A DNA stretch of 64,000 bases. It comes from Octopus vulgaris (taxonomy: Eukaryota). The position numbers and the translations under genes were made by a program. A model generated the notes under the pieces. That model made no database searches. It was given only the letters and a program-made list of their open reading frames with translations, and was not told the DNA's origin. Location: NCBI GenBank assembly GCA_951406725.2, contig OX597821.1, forward strand, positions 49,352,001 to 49,416,000. Direction: 5' to 3'. Below, piece by piece: positions 25,945-37,969 of the stretch. Every line of letters begins with the position of its first letter. Positions within the stretch are counted from its first letter, which is position 1.

Positions 25945-27257
25945 GAAGGTGCTTTTTACGTGCCACCAGCACGGAGGCCCGTCGGGGCAGCGCTGGCAAC
26001 AGCCATGTTTGGATGGTTCGCTTACGTGCCACCGGCACTGGTATCACAGCTACAATTTCCATTGATGTAGATCGATTTCGATTTCGATTCTGATTCTTGC
26101 TTGCCTCAACAGGTCTTCACAAGTAGAGCTTTGTGTCCTAAGAAGGAAAGGTATGCATAAGTGGACTGGCTACATCCCAGGTAGAGGCCATGGGTTATGG
26201 TCTCACTTGTCCTGCCGGGTCTTCTCACGCATAGCATACTTCCATAGGTCTCGGTCTCTAGTCATTTCCTTGGTGAGACCTAAAGTTCGAAGGTTGTGCT
26301 TCACCACCTCGTCCCAGGTTTTCCTGGGTCTACCTCTTCCACAGGTTCCCTCAACCGCTAGGGTGTGGCACTTTTTCACACAACTATCTTCATCCATTCT
26401 TGTCACATGACCATACCAGCACAAACGTCTCTCTTGCACACCACAACTGATACTTCTTAGGTCCAACTTTTCTCTCAAGGTACTTACATTCTGTCGAGTA
26501 TGAACACTGACATTACACATCCATCGGAGCATACTGGCTTCATTTCTCGCGAGCTTATGCATATCCTCAGCAGTCACAGCCCATGTTTCACTACCATGTA
26601 GCATGGCTGTTTATACACATGCATCATACAGTCTGCCTTTTTTCTCTCAGCGAGAGGCCTTTTGTCACCAGCAGAGGTAAGAGCTCTCTGAACTTTGCCC
26701 AGGCTATTCTTTCTCTAGCAGTTACACTTTCAGCACACCCACCCCTGCTACTGACTTGGTCACCTAGGTAACGGAAGCTATCAACTATTTCTAGTTTTTC
26801 TCCCTGGAATGTGGTGGAAGTTGGTCTCTGCATTTTCAGTGTTTATTGCTTCTGAGCATCTGCCACATACAAAAACTATTTTCCTAGTTAGCCTTCCTTT
26901 GACATTGCTGCACCTCTTATGTGTCCATAGCTTACACTTGGTGCATCTTATAGAGTTTCTACCTACACCTTTTCTACAGATCGAGCAGGGCCATCTACCT
27001 GAAGGCGTTTGTGATTGTCTACCTTCCTACTTATTAGGACTTTGGTTTTAGCTAGGTTGACTCTAAGGCCCTTCGATTCTAATCCTTGCTTCCACACCTG
27101 AAACTTCTCCTCCAGTTCTGATAGTGACTCAGCAATTAGAGCAAGGTCATCAGCATAGAGGAGCTCCCAGGGGCATCCTGTCTTGAATTCCTCTGTTATT
27201 GCCTGGAGGACTATGACAAATAGGAGGGGGCTGAGGACTGAACCTTGGTGGACCCAT
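25945..27257 (-). mobile_element. 5'-truncated RTE-like LINE, relatively young
   Basis: VHQGSVLSPLLF, ELLYADDLAL, FRYLGD, HGSETWAV, WYGHV.RM, GRGRPRKTW, then the 3' UTR modules. Confidence 0.95.
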
Positions 27258-27783
27258 AACAATAATAATAGTTTCAAATTCTGGCACAAGGCCAGCAATT
27301 TTAGGGGAAGGGAAATAATAAGTTAGTGTCTTGCTAAAAGATGCTTATTAAATTAGAGTTCCATATGTTCCATCTATAAAACTGGAAGCAAAATATTTTC
27401 TATGTAGTAATAAGCTATAATTTCTCAGTATGTTTGAGACTTATGAAACCTTTCTATTGGTCAGTTTCTGAGAAATTGTGTTCTATCCATGAAATATATT
27501 GCACCACCAGAATATACATGGTTCTAAAGACTTGTTAGTAATACCAATCAGATCACCTCTAAGTCACACCTTCCAGTCTTAAAAATAATGTAACACAACT
27601 TCACTTCCTGGAATATGGACAGGTTGGTTGTGGTTGGAATATCTTTGATCAAAAGTTTGCTAATTCAGGCCTTCCCTAGGGTTGAATTCTTATCCCAAGG
27701 TTCAACATATGTGTTGCAGTAATTCTATATTTCACCATGTTTTTGATGGAAAGTTAATTTTCTTTGTTTTTTCAACTTTTTAG

Positions 27784-28001
27784 CTGTGATTTTATTGGAA
27801 CCCAAGATGATCTTGTAATCCATTTACGAACCTGTAAATTAGAAGGAATGAAAGATTTTCTGCAGCGAACAGATGAAAAAATTGCTGAACTTCAGTTCTC
27901 CTTGAACAGTAAGGAGCATGAAATTAGTTTCTTGCGATCAATGTTGGGGAAACTGTCAGAACGGGTTGAAACATTGGAGAAGACAGTTGACATGAGAGTA
28001 G
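27784..28001 (+). CDS. TRAF7: TRAF7 exon: zinc finger end and coiled coil, CDFIGTQDD...EISFLRSMLGKLSERVETLEK
   Basis: tttttag acceptor, g|gtcagt donor. The EI.FLRSMLGKLSE motif is diagnostic of TRAF7. Confidence 0.97.
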
Positions 28002-28503
28002 GTCAGTTATGGCTTTTTTTTATATCGTCATCATTAACCATATCTTATATATTTAATCTGTTAAATGTCCAAAAACATTTATGCTTTCTAACATTTCACC
28101 ATATTCTTTACCTTGCTGCCCTTGGAATTTTCAGATTTTCTAGGATGTTAAGCTACAGCAGATTTTGGATCAAGAATCCCAGGGTGGAAGGAGTGCGTAT
28201 TGGAGTTTGCTACTAAGGTTAAATTTGAGGAGATAGGGCGAAGGTGAAATGTGGAGGATACCTCAGGTTTTATCTAAGGAGGTAGAGGTATCTGTGGTAC
28301 CAACCAGGTTCAGTGGGGAAGGATCACTCCATATAGGGAAGTACTACACTAGTGCACACCTCCCTACCCCAAGCTTTGGAATAAACAGACCAGGTCATGC
28401 AACATTATCTGGTTTCACCCCCATTCTTAATATTTAGACCTGACTACCTAAGCTTTTCTTTGCTATCCCTCCCTCTCTTGCTATCTTTCTATCTATCTAT
28501 CTA

Positions 28504-31500
28504 TCTATATATATGTATATATATAAATCCCATTCTGTTTGTGTGTATAAAAGGTTATAACAGCCGTATTTTTCAGTTGATTGTGCTGAAATTTTACACA
28601 CAGGTAAAAGATGTCACAGTGGGTGCACCAGTTAAATTTCATGAAAGAACATATGTGATCTATTATATAAATCCCATTCTGTGTGTGTGTGTGTAGATGT
28701 GTGTAAAAGATTATAGCAACCATATTTTTCAACTGATTGCACTGAAATTTTACTCAAAGGCAAAAGACATCACAGTGAGAGCATCAGTTAAATTTCATGA
28801 AAGAACATATGTGATTGCAGTAAAAATCAATATCATTCTAGAATGAACAGTAATCGAACACGTGCATCCAGGCATTTCATTCTGTGTTTAATAAATAAGC
28901 TGACACAAAAGAGTAAGAAGACAAGGCAATTATTTTGAATAAGTTAAAAAATGAAATAAAATATTAACTTTAATGAATAAATGGCACTAATTGGTGATCA
29001 ATCAACTCTGTGAATATTTTCTCACATCAAAATTCAATTGACTGTAGAAAACAACAAATTGATTGGTAATTGAACATGGAAATTTAGGTGACAAATATCT
29101 AAAACTTTAGCTAACAGTTTCTTATATAAAACAAAAAATGAGCGTTTTTTTAAACTTTTGCGTGACTCACTTGATTTGACACATACATGCCCATTATTTA
29201 TTCTTTAATTCTATTTTATGAAGAAGGAATATTAGTATCAACATTTCAAATTACGAGTTATTTTTTTATCAGTAAGCATAATTGAACGCCATTTTGGCAA
29301 ATTCTTCTTATCATTTTTACGAATTATACAGATTAAAATCATCGGTTACATTCCAAAAAAAGCACTATTTGGTTGGTTCTGGTAGCTTATTCATCCACAA
29401 GTTTTGCTTCTTTATTGGTCAACATCGCATATTGCCAAATCCTATAACCCATTTGAAGTTTTCTGGTTTGCCTTTCAATTACAGATTTTCAATAGGATGC
29501 CTTGACAAAGCATCCAGAAAAACAGAAAATGCATCTGTTTTGCATCCCTTGCAGGCAAGCAAAACAGAAGAATAACTTGTGCATCAGCGTGCTCGCAATG
29601 CTGCTTCTACTGCAGTCACCAGAGCATCACAGACAGCTCAACAAGCAGAACTCTAGTGTGCTCACAATGCTGCCTCTACTTCAAGTTGCTGTGCTTTAGA
29701 GACTGTTGAACAAAGGGCCACAAGGCTTGGGGCTGATTCTCAACATAAAATGCGTCCTTATGTCTTTTTGAAGGTTTCTTCCTGTTGCTGATCTAACAAG
29801 GCTTTTCATTACAGCCCCCATGAGGACTACACATCACACCCACATATCATCATAGGCAACATTTCTTCAGCATGTGTCCATTGTAATGTAATGAGGTGGC
29901 CAACAGAATCCACTAGTATATGCTGCTCCAGTGGAATGGTTAGCTTGCCTCATTTACAAGTCGGTGCCGAACCTTTGAAGTCCCTGCTGCTCGGAGACCA
30001 TCCAGATTCTAAACACTTTCTTCGGAATATAAGAGCCTACAGTTCCACTTTCCAAATGACAAGCTTTGGTCATACACCAATAAAAGATGGAAATTATATG
30101 CCCACCTTCAAATTACAAGACCAAATTTACCACCAAATGGGCTCCCTTATTCCACAAGATGGCAATTGATTTTATGGGGAACAGACCTGAGGAAATTGCA
30201 TGAAGAGCTTCAGTTGCTACAGAAACAAGACCATCTCTTCTGCAGCCCCTTCAATATATGCTTCATACCATAAACCCCTACATAACCATTTTCAAAACCA
30301 CTCTTCAGGGTAGAGATGCTAACACCAATCAGTTTAAGGTTGTCATTCGAGGTGACCACACTCCACCAGGGCAGCTTCAGGGTTGCTTTAACAAACCCCA
30401 AACCAACAAAGTTGCAGTACTTATAATAAGTCTCAATGGGTGAGCTTCAAACCGTGATATTGTTCTTGAATGGCAAGACTCGCCATTCAAAAATAAATGA
30501 ACATTATCCTGTGTATGATGCCTTCCAATATCCATTGCTGTTCTGCTATGGTGATGATGGCTACCGCATTGACTTGCCAAAGTTTAATCCGGAAATGTTA
30601 ATGCATCTTCAACCACAGAAAACCATTTCACAAATGGAATTTTATGCTTTTCAGCTAATGGTTCGCAACAACGACATCAGCATTCTTCATAGAACACAGA
30701 TGCTCCTCAATCAATACTGTGTAGACATATTTGCTAAGGTAGATATTTCTTATTTTATGATTTCTTTCAGAAAATTTCCGTAGCCAGGTGACTAACTATT
30801 TATTCCACACATTTCTTCCCTTTCCAGATTGACACCAAACGCCTCTAGTTGATAAGACACCATCAAAAGGAATTGCATACAGAAGAATATGGCAATCTTC
30901 ATGCCGAAGCGAACTGAAATAATCAGGTTGTTGCTTCAAATGTTGGACGTTCTGTCATTCTCCCATTGTCATACACTGGAGGCCCCCGGTACATGCATGA
31001 AAAAATGCAAGATGCTCTCAGTTATGTCTGCCACTGTGGCTGTCCAGATTTTTTCATCACTTTCACTTGTAATCCAAAATGGGTTGACATCCAGTCTCAC
31101 TTACTTCATGGCCAAAATCCTCCAGATAGGCATAATATTACATCTAGTGTGTTTCATCTGAAGCTAATGAAAATGATGGACATTTGAAAACACGGATATA
31201 TTTTTGGACCATTAAGATTCTTCATGTACACTGTAGAATAGCAGAAGAGAGGACTCCCTCATGCCCATATCCTCCTCTGGCTTCAAAACAAACTCATGTC
31301 AACAGATATCGATTCTGTTATCAGTGGTGAACTGCCAACTCCCCAAGAAGACCCAGTCCTTTTTCAAATCATAAAAACCAGCATGATCCATGGCCTGTGT
31401 GACCACCTAAATCCAAGGTCTGCATGTATGGACAATGGGTGGTGTACAAAGTGTTGCCCATGTAAACTAATTCATGACACCCAGACTGGTGATGATGGCT

Positions 31501-34434
31501 ATCCTTTATACTGTCAAAGGGCACCACAGGAGGGTGGACATATGGCAACAATAAAAACGGTTAGTGGTCAAGAATTGAATGTTGACAACAGATGGATGGC
31601 ACCATCTGTTGTCAACAAGGTGCTTTGTAAAATGTTTTTGGCCCACATTAATGTTGAATTCTGCAACTCCATGAAATCAATTCAATACATCTGCAAGTAT
31701 GTGCATAAGAGTGCCTATCAAGCAGTTATTGAGTTGGCTAAGCCCGGCGACACTGATCCCGCCACAGATGCAGTCACATTTTTTCCAAAATGGACACTAT
31801 ATCTCTACTAATGAGGAATTTTGGTGCATATTCAGTTTTCTGATCCATGAACATGAAATTGCAGTTATTCACCTCAGTGTTCATTTGGAGAATGGGTGTA
31901 TTTTAATCAAGAAAATATACTTGACTGCAAACCAACCTCGAAGAACAACCCTGACTAGATTCTTTAACTTTGTACTTCAGACTCTTTTGCAAGAAGACTT
32001 CTTTATGCGGAGTTGCCTACATTTTACATGTAGACTAAATCTTCCCACTGTTAGCAAAAAAGAAAGTGAGGACACGTTTTAGAAAGGGTTGCCTCAATGC
32101 GTGAATCTGATGCTCTCTCAAGAGTGTACACAGTTCACTCACTTCACCTGCATTTTCTGTTGCATGTTGTCAAAGATCCAACTTCCTTTCAAGACCTTCA
32201 TACTGTTAATAGCCATATTTGTTCAACCTTCAAAGAGGCCTGCTCCAAATTAGGTCTTCTTGATAAGAATGACCACTATGACCACATCCTCCAAGAAGCA
32301 TCAATGTTGCAGTCCCCCATTGCTCTTCGTAAACTTTTCGCTGTTAAGTTGGTGTATTGCAGTCTTGTGAATTTACAATCTTTCTGGGAGAAATATCATG
32401 ACAACATGTGCTTGGACATACTTATGCAATCTTGCTGCGCATCAAGAGACATAACTTTACAGTTTACACCTGTAATGTACAACTCCTAGAAGATACCATT
32501 TTGGAAATGGGTGGTTGTCCCTTGAACAACTACTGTGTCAAATCTCCTTACAGAGAAAATGAGTCATTTTGTAACCAGCACTTACTAAGGGAGACATGCT
32601 ACGATGCTGCCAGGCTTCTATCCTACGTTGAAGAAAGAGAAAAACTTTTGAATCCTGAACAAGCTGTTGTTTATAATTCTATTTTAACAATTCTTGATGA
32701 CATCACTGGTGGCATCCCCTTCCTTGATGTGCCAGGTGGCACAGAAAAGACATTTCTCCACAACCTCCTTCTTGCCAAAGTTCACCAAAGTGGATAGATT
32801 GCCATTGCAATGGCTTCTTCAAGAAGAGCATCAACACTGCTAGACAGTGGCAGAACAGTCCATTCAACATTTAAGCTTCCCCTTAACATCAGCCATGTTG
32901 AGAATCCTACCACCAATATAAACAAGAATTCTGATGAGGTAGTTGTCTTTCAAAAATGGAAATTGATTGTCTGGGACAAGGCAGCAATGTCCCTCAAGAA
33001 TGCACTTAATGCAATCGACACAACACTACAAGACCTGCATTCAACTCTAAACCATTTGGAGCAGTCATTATTCTTCTTGCTAGGGACTTTCGTCAAACCC
33101 TTCCTATTATCCCAAAAGGCACACCTGCTGATGAATTAAATGCTTGTCTTAAAAATTCTCATCTTTGGCACTCTGTTTAGTCAAGAATGTTAACCATAAA
33201 CATGCGTTCCATTCTCCACCAAGACAATGACAATTCTTTTGCTTCAAATTTATAGGATGGGCGCTTACCACTCAACAGAAACAGTTTGGCTGACATAAGT
33301 ACCATCAGTAACTATGTCTCCAGCCCTGAGGAGCTATGTACAACAGTTTACCCCAACCTCTCTACCAATTACATCAGTCAGGAATGGATGTGTGAAAGAG
33401 CCACTATCCAAGCCCTAAACACATCTGCTTTGTCAGCTTCCTACACAAGAGCAATGCTATGCTTCGGTTGATTCAGTTACTGATCCAACACAAGTAACAT
33501 TTTCCCAACAGAGTTTTTAAACTCACAAGAACCAATCGGGATTGCCACCGCATTAACCTAGAATTAAAGTTGGTTGTCCTATTATACTCTTGAGGAATTT
33601 GGATATTCCTCAGCTTTGCACTGGCACATGTTTGGCTGTTAAGCAAATGTTGGATAACATTCTTGAAGCCACAATCATAACAGGAAAAGGCACTGGTGAG
33701 TCAGCTTTTATTCCCTGAGGTTCACCTATTCTGACTGACTGTGTCTTTGTGATGAAAAGAGTCCAATTTCCCATTTGTTTAAGCTTTGCTATGACCATTA
33801 GCAAAGCCTAAGGTCAATCACTGAATGGACCTCAATACACCATGCTTTTCACACAGACAGCTGTACGTGTGGTGTTCCAGAGTTGGAAACTCAGCCAATC
33901 TCTTCTACTACACTCCCGAAAGATTGACAAAAAATGTGGTTTACAAGGCAGCCCTACAAAAGTTTTTCTATTGAGTTGAAATCCTCTTCAGGTTGTCCCT
34001 TATTGCGCTTATTGGTTGTGTTATAGGTTGTGTTAATCTTCCAACAAATGCCTGTTGTTAAAATCAAGCATTTTTTCATTTCAGTGCACAGCTTCCCAGA
34101 TGCCTCAGATAATTTCATATTGCAATTAAACATATTTCTTACAGATTGCCTTCATGTCCATAGAAATGTTGTGTATGCTTTTTGTACTGATTCTTCAGCC
34201 ATCCAGTCAATTAAATGGCATTCCGAATGATAATTTTCTATGTTTTCACATTTTAATACCCAATATCTGCAAATAAAGCATATTCTTTTTTGAATACCAC
34301 TTATTTTTGATTTAACGTCTCAACTATGTCAAACAATCCTCAATTTTAAGCATTAGACAGAAGTAGAATTACACTATTTTATGCTCCAGTTCTATCATTT
34401 ATGAACTTATACCTTCCAATAGTATGTTTGCTAG
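28504..34434 (+). mobile_element. Decayed full-length autonomous-type Helitron
   Basis: A|TCTATATAT 5' end and CTAG|T 3' end inside (TATC)n/(TA)n; contains the RepHel pseudogene. A clear subterminal hairpin was not seen. Confidence 0.88.
29497..33970 (+). pseudogene. Helitron RepHel (HUH Rep plus PIF1-like helicase) pseudogene
   Basis: YTGGPRYM, PDFFITFTCNPKW, VE.QKRGLPHAHIL, HINVEFC..KSIQYICKYVHK, DVPGGTEKTF, GRTVHSTFKLP, GDFRQTLP, QFPICLSFAMTI.K..GQSL; many stops and frameshifts. Confidence 0.95.
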
Positions 34435-35187
34435 TATATATATATATATATATTGGATTGTTATAAAGGAGAACATGTTCCCTTGTGACAAGCACAATGC
34501 CAAGTAGCATATTTATGTTTGAATCTACTGTAACTTATTAAGAGTAAATATGCTAGTCATTATTTCAAACCCACTTTTCACCACACATATAATGATTTAT
34601 TATTAGTTAACAGATATCAGCAAATAGTTTGTTCACTGAAATTATAAAGAGGTTCACTCTTGTTTAGATCCACTTATCTAGGTACTTCTGGCTGACATGA
34701 CCTATCAAAACATCAGTATCCCCAAATCCCTTGTACTACTGAATCAAGTGTGTTGTGAACATAGTCATCATAAAGCAGAAGTTGTTCTCTTGTGATGTAC
34801 ACAACAGCAATTAGTGTATTTGCTTGAATTTGCCAGAGAGTATTAAAAATAAACATGAATGCCATTGTTTCAAATTTCTCTGTGCACCATGCATATCACA
34901 ATTTACTACATAGAATTTGATATAGCTTTTCTAACAGGATTTTTATCAAAGTGTTTTTTTAAAAGATATATGGTAAAAGTTTACTGTCAATGAAATTTGT
35001 TTTACTACAAGAATTTCTTTGTGCCTGTTTTGAAATATTTGAAACCCATAACCTTTGTTGACTATGAATGTGGGATCTAATCTTATAGAAATGTTTCATC
35101 ATCTTCCTTGAAATGATAAAATACAGTATGTCCAATTACTTCCAGGTTCACGAATGTGTTAAAATATAATCTTTGCTAACATTGTAG

Positions 35188-35261
35188 ATCTCTTGGAACA
35201 CAAACAGAACTGTATTATGACTGAAGTAATTGATAATCGAAGAGAAAATGCCCTGGTTGCA
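35188..35261 (+). CDS. TRAF7: TRAF7 exon: coiled coil, (D)LLEHKQNCIMTEVIDNRRENALVA
   Basis: ctaac branch-like motif, ttgtag acceptor, gca|gtaagt donor. The 74-nt length restores frame and the peptide aligns with DVLDENQ...RRD. Confidence 0.88.
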
Positions 35262-36120
35262 GTAAGTCTTTCATGTTCCTACTCTTTATTCTGTTGGAAA
35301 ATATCTTATCTGTTGGTAAAAGGACTTTAAAAAATTTATTTTTTTACATGCAGCCATTGTGAGATATATGGATGTGTGCATATGTATATGTATGTTGGTG
35401 TATGTATATGTGTATATTTCACCTATGTATTTAGACAAAAGATGTAAACATTGGTGAAACCTTTGTTCCTCAAGAAAAAAGGTAAAAATAGCGCTTTTCA
35501 AACATTCCTGTGATATATCTGTTCTGCAAACAAGTTACAGGTATCTATCAGAATTTTGTAACCAATCAGTACTGTTGTGGTTCATAGAATGTGGCATAAA
35601 ATAAATTTAAAAAATAAACTGTGGCCATTGCGTTAACTTGACGGCAACAAAGTGTATTTCTCTCTAGAAATGTTGTTTAATCACAGGCCAATATTGATTA
35701 ACCAGATCTCTTATCAAAGTAGTTCCAGCCATGATTATCCAGTCATTTTTTCAGACAGTTTGTATAGAATTGCATTATCAAATGAGTAACTTCTTTAAGA
35801 AAACACACTGTAATCAGAAAAATAGCAATATAGTGGCTCCTTGATTGATTCATGATTAAGAACTACAACATGGTAATGAAATATAGACACTGAATACACA
35901 AAATCACAAAATGTAGAATGGCTAAGCTGTTGGTTATCCTGCAGTGATTTCATTGTAGTAGCCTTAGAGCAGAACTGATGTAGCAGGGGAGATACCTGTA
36001 ATTTCAATTAAGAACAAAGTACTAATTACGGTTGGAAATTATATTCTGATTAAAAATTTAAATTTCATTGTAATTGATATTTTAGTTTCACTTAATGTTA
36101 TTTTTTTCTGTTTATTCTAG

Positions 36121-36172
36121 GAAGAAATTTCTAATATTAACAAGCGATTAAATATTGGTGTCCAATTGGCTG
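36121..36172 (+). CDS. TRAF7: TRAF7 exon: EEISNINKRLNIGVQLA
   Basis: ttctag acceptor, g|gtaagt donor. Matches E.S.IN.RLN.G. Confidence 0.92.
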
Positions 36173-36247
36173 GTAAGTAGATATGGTCCATCCATTTGTC
36201 TGTCTGTCTCTCTATGTATGTATATGTAAATATATGTGTATATATAT

Positions 36248-36989
36248 AATCAAAATAAGCAACAAGAATGGCTCCGGTAATTTGGTACGATCATTTCGTA
36301 CTACATGATTTTATTAAATGTTGTAAGTATTACAACAGTTTTAAAATGCTGAGCACTCATCAGCCAATTATTGAGGTTTTCCATTAATACAAAAATTTTC
36401 ATATCAAGTGGCAACATTATAGAGAAGGTAGATACATAGACAAAGATGTGGATTTAAATTTTAAGAACATTTGAGGTTGTGGAGCCCATCAACTGACTGA
36501 CTGAGATTCAGTTGTTCCAGACTACTGTAAGGTCCTGAGAGGGAAGAACAAATGAAAAGAGACAATAAAGATTTTCTAATTATAGAAATGGGGTAAAGGG
36601 GATGTCATAGCTCCATATAAGGAATTTATGTAGAAGACAGCATTGTCACAACTAAATGCCAATTACTACTATTTGATGAACAGATTCAGCATTAGGAGAA
36701 ACTAGGTCAAAGTCAAATGGTCACAATAACATTCACAGAGATTGCAGAGACCTTACAAACCCTATGCATATTAACACAACAGTTGGTCTATAAGTTCCAA
36801 GTACTTTGACACATTAGAATAAAGGAAAAAATATAAATCTAAAATTTATTCAAATTTGAAGAAAGAGACTAGGTTAATTATATATTAAGAAATGGGAGTG
36901 AGATAATCAAGATAAACCAAATGACCATTTGGCTTTGACCTAGTTTCTCCTAACGCTGAATCTGTTCATCAAATAGTAGTAATTGGCAT
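36248..36989 (-). mobile_element. Non-coding, probably Penelope-derived insertion with hammerhead and inverted end
   Basis: Sits in a TA/TCTG microsatellite, carries the hammerhead and ends in a 68-bp inverted copy (36656-36723 / 36922-36989). No ORF seen. Confidence 0.55.
36279..36369 (-). ncRNA. Minimal type I hammerhead ribozyme motif
   Basis: Minus strand: UUGG-CUGAUGA-GUGCU...AGUAC-GAAA-UGAUCG-UA-CCAA. Stem I UUGG/CCAA, stem II 5 bp, palindromic GAUC loop III, GUA triplet. Confidence 0.75.
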
Positions 36990-37442
36990 GTCTATCTACA
37001 TATCCATCTGTCTGTATACATCTATGTGTGTTTTATGCTCCTCTGATTTATCCTCAGCTAGATTACCTGAAATAATTGAAATAAGTAATTATTTGTGTTG
37101 TATCAAGGGAAACAACTTTTATATAAAATATTCCTTACTATAAGGTGACTTTAATAAAGATGAAAGGTGTCATTCACAGATATATATATTACATAAAATA
37201 TCTTTTGTTCATTTGTATTAATATAGATATTTGCACAAATTTTAAATATTTGCCTGAAACCTCTTCTATGTCTATGATACAAACTTTTAGTATTACTTAA
37301 TGTAGGATAGTGACGACTGGACTATCTTAGATCATATGGTTTGCTTAATCAAATTTTTCTTCAAAATAAACAACAATAAACGCACACAAATTTTTTAATC
37401 ATGGTAAACTATACTAAGCAAGAGTTGTCTGTCCACTTTCAG

Positions 37443-37498
37443 GTTATGATGATCCACAACGAATGTTCAAATGTCGTGGAACATTTGTTGGGCATCAG
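37443..37498 (+). CDS. TRAF7: TRAF7 exon: GYDDPQRMFKCRGTFVGHQ (start of WD40-1)
   Basis: tttcag acceptor, cag|gtaagt donor. Matches YDPQ..FKC.GTFVGHQ. Confidence 0.96.
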
Positions 37499-37969
37499 GT
37501 AAGTGATGTTAAAGTTTTTTCAGAAAATTGTAGAACTCTTGACTATTATTAATAGAAAGAAGGGAAATAACCAATTTTTAATCCCTACCTGATTGCTTCC
37601 TTTAACCCAATTAACTTTTGTCTTTGCACTATCTTTTTACAACTTTTAAGAGCCAAGTGCTCCTAGGACTGTACTACAGGTTTTGCACGAATAAAAATTT
37701 GCAGTTATTCAACTGGAGTTAGGATATTACTGTCAGTTTAGCCATTTATGTTAAACTGAATGTAAACAAGATGTTAAAGGAGATTTTATATTGTGAAAAC
37801 AATATTAGTCTAATAAAAATGGCTAAATCACCAGTATTATTCTAACTGCACCTAAATAATTGCAAATATTATCACATGAAGCCACTACTACTGTACTAAG
37901 AGCACTTAGCAATTAAAAGTTGTTCATCCACCAATGTGGCACTTATTACTCACTTTCTTGTCAGTTGCT

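Noticed and set aside
28002-28216. C-terminal extension of ORF 27764..28216 as TRAF7 coding
   Set aside because: Homology stops at the GT donor at 28002; the rest is intron read-through. The same applies to ORFs 46228, 47900 and 53969.
29497-33970. Domesticated or active PIF1/RepHel gene nested in TRAF7
   Set aside because: Numerous stops, frameshifts and a broken Walker A (GGTEKT).
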